From the human T2T-CHM13v2.0 reference genome, Homo sapiens, in assembly GCF_009914755.1 (NCBI RefSeq), contig NC_060936.1: DNA of 64,000 nucleotides; one strand, 5' to 3'. The notes under the pieces were generated by a model. That model made no database searches and was not told where the DNA came from. It was given only the letters and a program-made list of their open reading frames with translations. The translations under genes were made by a program, and so were the position numbers. Positions 35,317 to 48,931 of this stretch are shown one piece after another (the stretch's first letter is position 1; every line of letters begins with the position of its first letter).

Positions 35317-37090
35317 CCGGCCCAAGCCAGCACAGTTCCAAGGAAACCTTGCCCTCTAATTAGTGGGGTATTTGCTACAACAGCTCTTACCTGTTGTAAA
35401 ATCCAGAGGACAATAGCTCCTTATTGCCTGCCCAGTGTGGTGGGTTCCTGGTCCCATCCATTCCCTGACCCTCCCTGCTGCCCCTTCCCCCACTGAAAGG
35501 GGGAGGCTGTCACCTTGTTTGGTTACTAATTTTAAAAAGGCAAAGCCTTTGATTATTACTATTGTATTTTCCCTCCCCTCACTGTACTGCATTCGAAGGC
35601 AATTTCTTTAGCAGGGCGACCTCCTCCTCAGGGAAGAGACTGGGTTTTTCAGAATGTAAAAGCAAAGGGGCTGGAGGGCAGGCCTGGGATCCTACTGGCT
35701 GCTCTCGGTTGGTCCCTGTTACCTGGGTCTGGAGCAGGGACCAGCAGCTCCTGCCTCCACTGGGACCTTAGCTCACCCACTTCACCTCCTTGGACACCCT
35801 CTTGGGCAGCTCACCCAGAGGTGCTATGAGGTTACCTACAAAAGGACATGGGACTTCCAGAAAAGCGTTTAAACTTGGATCTGAACTAAGGCCGAGCCCT
35901 GGACTCTAGTGACCTTCTCAAGCTATTAGACCCTGCAGTGACTATGGGTTGGTCGTCAGACTTTCCTGTGCCTCATTTTCTCCATAAAACATCAGGAGAA
36001 TTATTTAGTCCTATATCCATGACGAAAGTATTGAGAGAACACATTTGCTCCTTGAAACCTTTCTGCCTCATTTTTCCCAAACCCAGGGATCTTTCTGAGC
36101 TGGGCTCTGTAGGGAAGGGCCCAGGACTGCGAGGGGGATGACCTGGGTTTGCGAAGCGGCAAAGTAGTTCCCGGGTCACTCTACTTCCTTGGGGGATTCA
36201 AAGGAGGACGCGTAGCAAGAAAGCGGAGGACATAACTCTCTTCCCCTCTCAGAGCCTCGGGCCCCGCAGACGCCGAGGTGGGCGCTCGTGCCAGGATCGC
36301 GGGGCGCGGGTACGGGCTCCTTGGGCGCCCCGAGGGGGCTGCTGGCCGGGGTAAGAGCCGCGGTTTCTTCGGAGGATCGGGTCGAGTTCCAGGAGAAGGG
36401 GGCAGCAGGCGTGCGGCGCCGGGAGAAGGGGGCCGGGCGGCGGAGACTCCCCGTCCGCACCCCCGCGGCGAGGCCCCCGGGCCGCTCTGCTTAGGGGCCG
36501 AGGGAGCCGGGCGGGAGGCAGGTGCGGAGGTCGCGGTCCCAGCGCCTGGGAGGAGCCCTCGGGAGGGTGTCGCGGCCCGGCTGGTGGGCAGGAGCGAGCC
36601 GGGGCCGGCGCGGCTGTCGGGGGCGGGGAGGAGGCGCGGGAGGCGGGGCGGAGGCGGCGGCGCCCCCAGGATCCACTCGCCCAGCGCCGGGCCCTGCACT
36701 CCGAGCCGCGGCCGCCACCCGCCCCGCAGCCAACTTGGGCCGAAACTTCCCCGGGTCCCGCGCTCCGGAGCAGGGCGCGCAGCCCGGCGAGATCGACGGC
36801 GGCCTCCCGAGCCCGCGCCTCGGGCCCAGGGCCTCCCTCCGGATCGGCCGCAGGCTGCGCGCCCCCGACCGTCCCCGCCCGCCGAGTTCGGGGGTCCCCG
36901 GCGCGGAGCAGGGAGCCCTCCGGGCGGCAGGAGGGCGCGCAGACTACGAGCGCCGGGGCTGCCTGGCCGGGCTCCGGTGGACACCTCGGAGGCTGCCCCA
37001 GCATCTGGGGGGGGGGCCCGAGACGCCTCGGCGGGACCCCGGGAGCCGAGCACGCCCGCCCGCGCCGCCAGCCCCGCGCCCCGGCCGCGG

Positions 37091-37132
37091 ATGAAGAGTC
37101 GGAGGCGGCGGCCCGAGCGGCCCGCGCGCTGA
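37091..37132 (+). other. Candidate uORF MKSRRRRPERPAR*
   Basis: ATG 37091 to TGA 37132; requires the TSS to lie upstream of 37091. Confidence 0.35.
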
Positions 37133-37286
37133 GAGGAGCGGGCAGGGTCTGCCCCGGGCCCCGCCGGCCGCCCCCTGCGCCCCCGCGGGCCGCGCCTCGC
37201 CCGCCGACCCAGCGCAGCCGGGCGCAGGAAGAGCCGGGCCGGGCCGAGCGGCGCCCGGAGCCCGCGGGCCTGACACGCGGCGGGAC

Positions 37287-37292
37287 ATGCAG
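37287..37292 (+). CDS. Candidate two-codon (Met-Gln) coding start, phase-0 donor
   Basis: gggacATGCAG|gt with G at -3; could equally be a uORF start in a non-coding exon 1. Confidence 0.4.
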
Positions 37293-37324
37293 GTAAGCGC
37301 CGGCCCTCGCCCCCGGGGACGGCC

Positions 37325-37344
37325 CCGCCGCCGCCGCCGCCGCC
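37325..37344. repeat. (CCG)6 trinucleotide repeat at the start of intron 1
   Basis: ccgccgccgccgccgccgcc. Confidence 0.9.
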
Positions 37345-40300
37345 CCGGCTGCCGAACCTCGCGCGGCTCCTCCGCCTTCCCGGCCCCGCGGCCGCGCTGG
37401 GTGTCCGCCGGGTGGGTCTGCGCGCCGCGGGCGTCGGGTCGGGGCGGGCCGGGGTCAGGTCGGGGGAAGGGAGTCGCCCCGGGCCGGGGCGGCGAACAAA
37501 GCTGGGGACCGCCGGGCCCTCGCGCGGGCAGGCATAGGAGGCTCCGGGGTCGGCGGCGCAGGCGGGGCGGCCTCTGAGCTTCGCGCTCACTCTCCCGGGT
37601 CTGGTCTGGCCCAGCCCGGACCCTCCGCCGAGGTCTGCGCCGGCATCGAGGACCCCATCTGGGTTACTTTACCCGCCGGACGCGGGTGGGAGCCTGCGTT
37701 TCTGCCCGGACCGCGCAGGTAGAGCCCGAGCGCCGCTCGGCTTTGTGCTTCTCCGGTCGCTCCGGCGCTCCACGTCCCCGCCGTGGGAGAGGCGGGACGA
37801 GACCTCCTCCTTCACTTTCTTGGAGCCTCGGTGGACGCGTAGCCCGCGCTCCAGTCGGAGCCGAACCCCCGGGTATTTGCTGCAGACCGCTGGGAGAGGC
37901 AGTTCGGTTTGCGGGGAGCCTGCCCGGCCCTGTTTTACAGGGAGGGAAACTGAGGTGGCCCCGGCCCTGCGTTGGTTACTCAGCTGAAGGGGTGTGTGTG
38001 TGTCCGGTGTCCCCTCCACTTCACCCGGGCCCTTCTTCACTGCTTTTGCCACCTGGCCACGTTGGCAACAGCTTCCAGTTGCTACTCCCCTGGGCAGAGG
38101 TTTAGCCTGGTACCTGGAGGAGAAAAACTAGGGATCGTGGAATCAACCCCCCAGACTGCTCCAGGGGCCCCGGAATGTGCCCAGTCACCAGAGCTGCGAT
38201 GGGACGTCTGTGCCCGTGCCGTCAGTGTGGAGCCGAAAACCCTGGCTCGGCAGGGCAGGGGCAGCCGCTAGCCAGCCACCAGCACTCGTCCAGGCACACG
38301 GGGGAAGCCTAGGGAGCCCCCTCCTGTGGCTGGCCCCTAAGGCAACGGAGAGCCCAGGCAGCAGCGGGCACGCCCTCAGAAGGCCTAAGGACCCTTTCCT
38401 GCACCCAGCCTCTCCTGCCATCCGATTAACCGGCAGAATTCACTTACGCAAAGGCAAGACTCCCCATCTCAGGCACAGACGAGTGGATGCCAGACCTGGA
38501 GCTTGCAGCCGCACCCCTGCCTAGGCTCACACACACAGGTCCTGGCAAACACACCGACCTATTAGAGGTGGAAGACTGAGGGGTGGTTTTCCTCCATCTC
38601 AAAATAGTGTCTGTTCTCGCTTTGACACACAAGATTTGTGGTTATAAATAGCAAGAAGGAGGAGGTGTGTCTCCTTGGAAGGATGGCAGTGCTGAAAGAG
38701 ACCTCTTAGGCACCCTTGTGAGAGGAGTGATGGAGCTGGCGTCTTCATGGTGATGACAAGTCCAGCAGTCCAAGGGAAGGGTCACAATTAAAACCAGGGC
38801 TTTTTACTAACAGATGCAGGTGGCGCGGACAACAGGGCAGGACGTGAAGGGAGTAAAGGAACCTAAAGTGACAATGGATGGGTCAATACCCAAAGGCAGT
38901 CAGGAGAGACATCTCCCCTTCCCTTTCTTTCTCTTCTTAAAGACAGTCAGGCCAAGGGCGTGTGACACTCTGTGGGATCTGCCTGCCAGGGGAGCAGGAG
39001 CCAGGCTCGGAGGAGCTGGCTGGTCTTTTTCCACCCATGGATTTCATACTTTCCCAGGCTCTGATATCTTATGTATTTGAATATGAATAGGTGATTGAGC
39101 GTGTGTGTCTGTGTGTTTCTCCAAGGTATCTGAAACCGGTCCCCTCTTTAGTTCATTTGGTGATTGTAATATCACCAGGGGTTTCTTATTGACTTGAAAC
39201 TACCCTTTTCTAAAATTTTTTCTGTCCAAAAAGCATAAGTTAAAGGGATATTGCCAAAATTGCTGGGAGCCATATGCTGCGAAAAGAAAAAATCTGGAAT
39301 TCTTCTTCCCTTGTGTATTTCACCCTCTGACTCTAGGGGCAGCTGAAAGATTTTTTGTTTGCTCTTCTTCAAGGTCAAGAAAGGCAGAGGACTAGGCTGG
39401 TCTGTTCTAATTTTTAATTCTAGGATGGTTCTGCTGCTTTCTGGATTGCCGCAGCCTGGCTTCTCTAGCATGGAGGGAAGTTTTTACGTGTGGTGATAGT
39501 CCTTGTCTTCTCTGAAATAGAAACCAGTCAGTCCAAAAAAGCTCTCGTGTCAGCGAGAGCTTTTTCTCTCTGGCTCCTTTTCAAACCGCCTGCCATTTAT
39601 CTCCTTCATCTTCTAACCAGGTCTTCAGAGCCCATCTTTGCTCCAGCGCTAGTCCTGGATGCAGTCCTCAGAGTGTGTGGTCGTGGTGGTAGTTACTGGT
39701 TGTTGGGTAACTCCATCAGGTCTCTGAAGACACACAACAGCAGTAGATGTAAAAGCCCTCTGGGCAATGAGAGCATGTGGGAGCTCCACTTACGGGCAGC
39801 CTTGGCTGGTTTCTGTTGAGCGTCTTCACCGTTATCTACGAGTCCAGAAACATCCAGCAGAGGGATTGTGCATCGATATTGCCATCAAGATGAAAAGACA
39901 TGCTCATTTTAAATCTGAGCCACCCTTTAAAGTAAAACTAACCTTCTGTCCATCTCTGGGGCGCAGCCTGTGTGCTCCCCCAAGCAGCATGCTGGAGGAA
40001 CCCTGAAAACGGATCCGCTGTTTGGTACAGTTCTGGCTGGACTGTTCCCTTCAGCGAGAAATGCCCCAACTCTGGAGAGCAGGTGACTGCACAGCCCCTA
40101 CCAGGCCCTCTCCACCCCTGGCCCGGCTCTGTTTACCTGGCTAAATTTAAACCTCCGCCCCCTCCATCCCAGTTTGAGCCACTGGCTTGCGGTCTCGCCA
40201 CTGGGCTGGCTGCTGCGGCAGCATTTCCTGACTTCTTCGCCCCTGTGGTTGCAGTGTGGTCTCTTTGTGCTGCATGAGTCCTCTTCTAGGCTTTCTAAAG

Positions 40301-40745
40301 TTGGTCTCTCTCCCCGCTGCTTCTCCACCCATGTGGCTTTCTTCCCATCTCTTTCCTCCTGGGTGAGTTGGAACCTGGTTCGGTACTGGGGGAAGATGCT
40401 CTCCCCTAACCCTTCCAGATACTGTGCACGGAGATCACAGGAAGCCTAGACTCAAGCTGTCATTTAAGGTCCTCAGGGGGCTGTGCTGACTGTAATCATT
40501 ACCCAGCCTGGCTGCCGGGCTGTCGGATCCCCTTTGAGTAAGCACGTAGGGTGCTGGCAGCAGTGCAGCCCTTAAAGGGACAGGGGCATTCTCTAAGGTC
40601 TTTGGCACCCCAAACCTCCAGCTCCCCTAAGAAACCAACCCACCTGGATGTCCTGTCCTTTGCATCTTTTCTTGAGGTTTTGCTGGGGAGGGTGTTTGAG
40701 TGGGTTGGGGTGCACACGGTAGCTTCTCTCTGGATCTCAGTAATA

Positions 40746-41091
<346 letters not shown>

Positions 41092-42310
41092 TAAAGTGAG
41101 AGCATTGGGTTAGTTGGTCCCAGGGGCCCCTTCCAGCTCTAACATCCTGTCACTCTGAACAGCTCGAGCTCTTTCAGGTTTGGGAATCCCTCTGCTGTGG
41201 ACAGGCCTGGAGTGTCCCCACCAGAGGGGTGGGGGGTGCTCTGGGCCTGCTGCTTTCACAGAGTTACTGTTTCACCAGCCGTGGTCTCAGAGGCAGGGTT
41301 TGTGGTCAAGCTGGAGGCTCAGGTTGTGCTCCTGGCTTTGGGCTTGGGCCTGCCAGGGGCCTCTGTGGTTCGCTGGCATCTGGGAGATTATGACAAGCCT
41401 CTGTCTCCAGCTTTGGGTGACTTTGGGGCTGGTGCCTGAGTTCTAGGGGGAGGCACCCCAACCTTTCTTAAAGGGGTATACAGTCTCCTCTGTAGCCTCC
41501 TAGAGCCCCAGAAATGCTAACTCCTAAAAGGTTACTCCTGTCTAATTTATACAGTGGATTTACTGAGGCCTGGGAAACGATAGCTGGCCTTGGCTTAGAA
41601 AAGGCAGTGAACTCAAAAGTTCTTGGTTTACACACTTTAGCCCCCAAAAGTCACTTTAGAGTTATCTGCAAATGATTAATTGTTGGATTTGCTCTGAGTC
41701 CTGTTGTGGAAGCAAAAACTGTAACATAAAAATATAATGTTATGAAAAATCTAAAGTAACAAAGCTTTTCTGAGGCCAGCTCGTGGTCATCCTGTTTGCT
41801 GCTCTCAGTGTGGCTCCTCTTAAAGAGGTCAAGCCCAGAACCGAAGGTGCGCAGCCACAGAGCAGCCCTGAGCTCCTGGGCTCTTGCTGGTGTCGTGCCT
41901 TCACTGGTGACACTTCCTGAACTTAACCAGTGGATGGACATGGGCAAGAGGCCAGTGGCCCCGCACCCATTTTTCTTACCGGTGAATATCCCCCAGATGA
42001 CAGGAGGCTTGTCTTGCTCTGGGAGGTTGGGGCAAAGTTGAGTGCCTGTCATAGACTCCTCCCTAAGGTTATAGATTTCACCAGTATTTGTTGAGAAGTT
42101 TCTCCTGAGAAATTTTGAGTAAAGAATTACTGAATTTTCTTAGAAATCTTGTTTGGGGGTATGAGACCTGCAATCAAAGCAATTAAACTTTTAAAGAGAT
42201 TGTGTATATAAATTGAGAACTAGAATATCACCCTTGGGAGCGGGGGCTGGTGAGTGAAGGAAGAGGGGGCATTTTCAGTTGCATTGATAGGGTATATGCT
42301 GGGACGAGGA

Positions 42311-42520
42311 GGGCTTTTGAGGCAGACTTCTGGGTGCAAACCCCAGCACAGCTGCGTCACCTGAGGTAGGGCAGGTTACCTGACTTCTCTGTGTCTCTGT
42401 TTTCTTACTTGTGTACTGGAAACCGTAACTTTATACCTATCTCTATGTGGTATGTGGTGGTTAGGACTAGTGTACATAAAGCATCTGGACCATGCCTGGA
42501 GCCTTGTGGGGCTCTAGATG
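42311..42520 (+). mobile_element. MIR
   Basis: gggcaggttacctgacttctctgtgtctctgttttctt. Confidence 0.65.
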
Positions 42521-42804
42521 CGACAGCTTTTGTGGTGATATTGATGAAGGGAAGGAAGAGGGAGGCAGGTCGATGGGAGAGGAGAGCTCAATGCTGACGT
42601 GGTCCTGCGCAGTTGAGAATCCGGCGAGTCCCTGGCTGAAAAGGAGGGGGTCCTGCTGACCCCATCTCAGAGGCATCTGTCGTTTTAACTAAGCAAATGC
42701 TGATATGTTCCCTGGATTTGGAAGTCACCCAAAATCTTAACTTGTTGCATTTTGTTATTCTTAAAAAGGTAACCTCTGTGAAGTCATATCTAAAATCAGC
42801 TTTA

Positions 42805-42894
42805 GGCTGGGCAAGGTGGCTCACGCCTGTAATCCCAGCACTTTGGGAGGCCGAGGATCATTTGAGGTCAGGAGTTCGAGACCAGCCTGACCAA
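42805..42894 (+). mobile_element. AluS 5' fragment (left arm)
   Basis: ggctgggcaaggtggctcacgcctgtaatcc...gaccagcctgaccaa, then an abrupt end. Confidence 0.9.
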
Positions 42895-42899
42895 AGCTC

Positions 42900-43110
42900 A
42901 TCCTAAGCTCGGGTGATCCTCCTGCCTCAGCCTCGTGAGTAGCTGAGACTACAGGCACGCACGACCGTGTCCGACTAATTTTTAAATTTTTTGTAGAGAT
43001 AGGGTCTCATTATGTTGTCCAGGCTGGTCTTGAACTCCACTTCAAGTGATCCTCCCACCTTGGCCTCTCAAAGCTCTGGGATTGCAGGTGTGAGCCACCA
43101 CTGCTGGCCC
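42900..43110 (-). mobile_element. AluJ lacking its 3' end and tail, fused to the opposite-strand Alu
   Basis: gtgatcctcctgcctcagcc...gagccaccactgctggcc. Confidence 0.9.
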
Positions 43111-43111
43111 A

Positions 43112-44387
43112 TTGCCTCCCCTTTGCTGTACGACCTTCACTTGGCTTCCAGAGCATCTCACTCTTCCAGTTTCTCTTCTTGCTCATCGGCAGCAGCTCAC
43201 CTGGTTATCTCTTTGGACCTCTTGTCTTCTCTATGTACAGTTATACGCTGCATAAAGATGTTTCGGTTAATGATGGACTGCATAGACCACAGTGGTTGCA
43301 TAAGATATTTCACTGTGCCTTTTCTATGTTTAGATTTGTTTAGATACACAAATACTTACCACTGTGTTCCAGCTGCCTAGAGTATCCAGTACAGTCACAT
43401 GCTGTGCAGGTTTGCAGCCCAGGAGCAATCAGCTAGAGCATCTCACTTGGGTGTATAGTAGGCTCTACCATCTAGGTTTGTGTAAGTTCACTCTGTGACA
43501 CTCACACAGTAATGACATTGCCTAATGACACGTTTCTCAGGATGTATCCCTGTTGTTAGGCGACGTGTGACTGTACTGTACACTCTGATGGTTGTAAGTA
43601 CTGTCTCTACCCTTAGGAACCTCATGGTTTTGTGTCTTGCCTGCTCCTCTCTCTTGAACTCCAGACCGGTGTTGCTGAAGCAGCACCTCCTCTACAGAAT
43701 TACATGCCTCTGAGCTCGTCCCTGCCTTCCCATAGCCCTCTCCATCTCATCCTCCTTGTTGCTCATGCTGTAAACCCTGGAGTCAGTCTTGACTTTTCCC
43801 TTCTCTCCCTTCTGACATCGAATCCATCAGTGATTCTTGCCAAATCCAAATTCAGAACGTTCTCAGCACCCTGATGACTTCTCACCTCCTCTACCCTTCT
43901 CATCCCGGCTCATTAGGAGGCACCTCCTAATTGGTCTTTCTGAGTTAGTTAGGGCAGCAATCCTGTGTGATATGTCAGATCTTGTCACTTTTCTCTTCAA
44001 AACCTTCCAGTGGCCTTCCATCTCATGCAGGAGAAAGCCAAGTTCTCACACTGGCTTGCAAGCCCTTGGTGGGCAGCCCCCACTTACCTCTGCGACCTCA
44101 CCCTAGCGAGGACTTCTGTGACTTTCCTATATAGATCATAACCCTTTCATCATTCTCTAGCCCTCTTCTCTGCTTTATTTCTCTCTGTTATACCCATGGA
44201 ACATACAGGTATTTTATATTTCCCTTATTGGTCCTCTGTCTGCTTCCCCTTGCTAAAACAGAAACACCACAAGGGCAGGGGTTGTTGTCTGTTTTGTCCA
44301 CTGTTGTATCTTAAAGAGTACATGGGACAGTGCCTGACACGCAGTGGGTGTTCAGTGAACATTTGCTGAAGGACTTAAGTGGATGAA
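43112..44387 (+). mobile_element. L2 (L2a-like) 3' region, interrupted by Tigger3a
   Basis: aaaccctggagtcagtcttgact; caaaaccttccagtggc; acagtgcctgacacgcagtgggtgttcagtgaacatttgctgaa. Confidence 0.8.
43238..43573 (+). mobile_element. Tigger3a (MER7A), complete
   Basis: TA-flanked; TIRs cagttatacgctgcataa / ttaggcgacgtgtgactg; internal tttagatacacaaatacttacca. Confidence 0.88.
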
Positions 44388-44436
44388 AGACAGCGGTTTC
44401 ACCTGTTGGCAGGGAAGAGTGTTAACAGTGGGAACA

Positions 44437-44863
<427 letters not shown>

Positions 44864-45317
44864 TCACTGAAAAACATTGACTTTTTTTCATTTTTTAATT
44901 CATTCATATTTTCATTGAAAATATGAAGAAAATGATGATTTTGAGTTATCATTGGTAGGATTTTGGTGCATTCCTTTTCGGTTTTTTCTGCCTGTGTGTA
45001 CAAGCACACATGTATTTACAGGCTCAGGTGTGTGTTTCCACACATGCGCGTCTCCTCCGGACAGGTGGTGACACCTTGAGGGCCAGCACCGTGCCTGTTC
45101 TCCTCCTCTCCAGCTCCTCTCTTGAGCCTGGCGTGGATCGGGTGCACACAGTGGTAGATCACAGGGATGGCTGGACAAGTGCGTGATCTGTTTCCTGGTG
45201 AGCACCTGGAGTCCATGCAGAGCCAGTCCCTGTGATTTCTTTGCCTTTTTGGTTGATGAGCTGCTGGGTAAGGGCAATGTCTTCACCACTTTTGTTTCCT
45301 TAAGGTTGTTCAAGAGT

Positions 45318-45544
45318 CAGGTTTCTCAGCCCCGACACCATGGATATTTTGGACCCAATAATTCTTTGTTGAAGAGGGCTGCTCCATGTATTGTAGGATG
45401 TCTGAGAACACACCTGGCCCCTACCCACACGATGCCAGTAGCACCCCACTCCGAAGGATGACAACCAAAAATGTCTCTGGACATTGCCAAATGTCCCGTG
45501 GGGAGAGCGGGAGGGAGCAGAGTCACCCTGGGAGACGACCGCTG
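45318..45544 (+). mobile_element. MER20 (hAT-Charlie)
   Basis: gatgccagtagcacccc...gacaaccaaaaatgtctctggacattgccaaatgtccc. Confidence 0.9.
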
Positions 45545-45969
45545 TTCCAAAATGCCTCTGTTTTTTTCCTGACAGTCTTCCCTTGTTTTTGTTTCTCCTA
45601 AATCCTGTGGATTTATTATCCGTTTTACATCCTATTTCCATGCTACTGCCGAGGGCAGGCCGTTGGGGAGCTGATGTGAATTATGGCAGCAGCTTTCTCA
45701 CTAGCTGTTTGTCCCTGGGCCCACCCTCACAAGGCCATCTCTCCCGCTGCTCCCAGGTGGACCATGCCGCTACCCTCTTCACCCATGAACGGCCACCCTG
45801 CTGATTAAACAGGTCCTCAAGTTGAACGAGGTGTCCTGTAGCAGAAGAGGTTTTGGTATTTACTGTGTAGTTGGGGTATCAGCCTTCCTTGGCTAGTCTG
45901 GCGGTGATTTTCAAGCTTTTACAAGTCTTTGCGAGCCCGTGCTTTCCGTCCTGTCCGGTGGAAAGCGCA

Positions 45970-46190
45970 TGGCCTTGAGGCTCAGGGGGACTTCGGTTTA
46001 AACTAACTCAGCTGTTCAAGCCTAATTGGCTTGCCTTGCCCATTTAGGTTTTCTGAACTCCAGTTTCTTCACTGTTTAAACAGGGATAATAATGCCCAAC
46101 TCCTAAGGTCATTTTTGAGAATGAAATGTGATAATTTTGTGAATTAGGGCAATGCCTAACATGTATCATGTACTTAGTCAATGTTAGGTC
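45970..46190 (+). mobile_element. MIR
   Basis: cagtttcttcactgtttaaacagggataataatgcc...gagaatgaaatgtgataa. Confidence 0.65.
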
Positions 46191-46603
46191 CCACTTTAAC
46201 ACTTCATTGAAAAAAAGTAAAAGTGTCAAGAAATTGACACCTAGATTCTGAAATACCTTGTCGGAATTTAGGCAGAAGATCAGAGTGTTTTATAATTTGG
46301 TTTATTTTGATGATTGAGGAGACAAAGGAGACCTGAGAATTCACTTCCATGACAGCTGCTTTTACCGAAGACCTGTTGAGAGGTCTGCAGCTCCAGGCTC
46401 TTGGACTTTTCCTGGACAGTCCTCCCAACCAAGAGGTGGGTTCCTGGATGGCAGGAGTGATGTCCTCCTTGTCTGGGCTCCTCTCTCCTCACTGATAATC
46501 CCACCACTCGGCGTTGCTGCTGCTCAGCCATATTGACACGTTAATGAGCTAGTGACTTCTAAACAGGTTATCCTCCCCGGTTCAAGAAATCCAGCCATAA
46601 TTA

Positions 46604-46768
46604 CCATGTTTCATCGATATTAAGATGCATTTCAACATATCTGAGGTCAGAATGCATCTCAGAATCAATATTGTATGACAGTTTGATGACAAGTACTTTT
46701 CTTTCTTGGTGGTACAAAATAATGGTGCATTCTAGAATCAGTAGCATCTTAGGTTTGGTGAAATAAGG
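46604..46768. mobile_element. MER104-like (TcMar-Tc2) MITE
   Basis: TA-flanked; inverted ends ccatgtttcatcga...taagatgc / gcatcttag...tgaaataagg; internal ggtacaaaataatggtgc. Confidence 0.8.
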
Positions 46769-47331
46769 TAATTGATCACTGTTTACTAAGGGGACCTGTT
46801 GTCATTTCCTGGTGCCTAACTTGGTGTTCACTTGGAAATGCACTTTTGTATTTTGCCAAACAGAATATTTGTTTCCTGTCACCTTCAAGTTGAACATCTA
46901 TTAACCATGTTAAAATTGAGAGAGGAAATTCTAGGCAAAAACTGGACGTCCCATGGACCCTGGACCCTGATGCTTGAGCCTGCTGGGCTGCTCGTGGCCA
47001 CCTGGGAATCAGCAGTCCAGGATTTCTGCCCTTGCATTGCTGAGAATCTTGAGCAAATGTGCTCATCACTGCCAGTCTCCCTCTTCTCATTGGTACATGG
47101 AGTCACAGTGTAACCCCTTCCTATCTCATAGAACCGCTAGGGTCAAGCGACATGGCGTGTAGGGAAGTGCTTTATACCCAACGGTAAGAACAACGAAGTG
47201 CTGTTCCTACCTGATACGCAGAAGGGAACTGTGACCCAAAGACTTGTTTAAATTCACTGACAAAGCACAGCTCCAGGTGACTCAGTGTTGATTCATACCT
47301 GGCACTTGTCTTCTTATTTGTCTATTTCTAG

Positions 47332-47364
47332 GAGAGAGACTTTGAAATTATAGAAACTTGTCTG
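47332..47364 (+). other. Candidate 33-nt micro-exon (ERDFEIIETCL in phase 0)
   Basis: ttcttatttgtctatttctag|...CTG|gtgaga; open in the frame of the exon-1 ATG. Confidence 0.3.
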
Positions 47365-47581
47365 GTGAGATGAAATAGTATCCCAAAGGATCAAAAAGAA
47401 GTTACATCCTAGAAGTAGAATGCAAGCTTTTTTTTTTCTTTTTTCATTTTATGCTTTCCTGTTTCACTGCCTTGGCACTGGAAAATATGGGGTAAAATGT
47501 TGTTAACATTAACACAAATATATTTATCATGAAGAGTAAATCTAATCTCTTATGTACAGTGTTTTAAAAAAATCAAGTTCT

Positions 47582-47907
<326 letters not shown>

Positions 47908-47952
47908 TCAACCCTCGCCCCAAAACCTCATGGCAGTGTGACCAGCACACAC

Positions 47953-48115
47953 AGGTGACCTTGAGGCAAGTCAGCCAAACTTGCTTGACCTCAGTTTCCT
48001 CACCTGCTAAAATCTTAAAAAGCTGTTGTGAGGATGACATGAAATGAATAGAAAGCACTTACGTTATAAATGCATGCAGAGCCTTGCACTTAGAAAGCAC
48101 CAGAAAATGTTGGCT
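47953..48115 (+). mobile_element. MIR
   Basis: cctcagtttcctcacctgctaaaat...gttgtgaggat. Confidence 0.65.
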
Positions 48116-48471
48116 CTAATTATGCTTCTGAACAACCACAAAACGCGCTATTGTGCAATTGCCAGTGACTGGTTCTGCCGACAGAATCAAAAGCTTGGTT
48201 GTGTCTGGGAGGAAGGAATGAAGTGGTGTTATTTTCATACTTAATGCTGGCGTTAATAAGCTACACACACATGTCAATTTAACAGTAGTCTGACCTAAAT
48301 AATATTGCATTTTCGACACATACAGCATGTTATACAGTAACCAAATCAAGAATCCTGGTCGAAACCTTACCAAACAGCTTTAAAATATTTCCTTTCAAAT
48401 GAGATTCTTGAAGTTCACTGTTACCCACTCCATGTGCTGAAGTCTTAAGCAGCATCCTACTTTTATGCTTA

Positions 48472-48794
<323 letters not shown>

Positions 48795-48931
48795 CTAGGA
48801 GACCTGCCCTCAAAAAATATGCTGTGGGGAGATGGTGTCCTGCTGATCTCTCTCATTCAATATGGCATACAGACTTCTGAGAAGTTACCATGAACCTACT
48901 TTCACAGTTGAGGGCTAGGGAAAGTCTTATA

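Larger units (their letters stand above)
37000..37292 (+). other. First exon of a + strand gene (start approximate)
   Basis: Near-consensus donor CAG|gtaagc at 37292/37293 inside the CpG island, followed by G-triplet-rich intron. Confidence 0.75.
36190..37970. promoter_or_regulatory. CpG-island promoter
   Basis: Very GC-rich ~1.8 kb with dense undepleted CpG, multiple GGGCGG boxes and no interspersed repeats. Confidence 0.95.

Noticed and set aside
36181-37590. 469-aa minus-strand ORF and overlapping 190-284 aa ORFs
   Set aside because: They lie in the CpG island, where stop codons are scarce. Several frames are open, the composition is Arg/Pro/Gly/Ala low-complexity, and no domain is recognisable.
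46328-46441. Possible exon ending at GAG|gtgggt (~46435)
   Set aside because: No convincing polypyrimidine tract or acceptor upstream.
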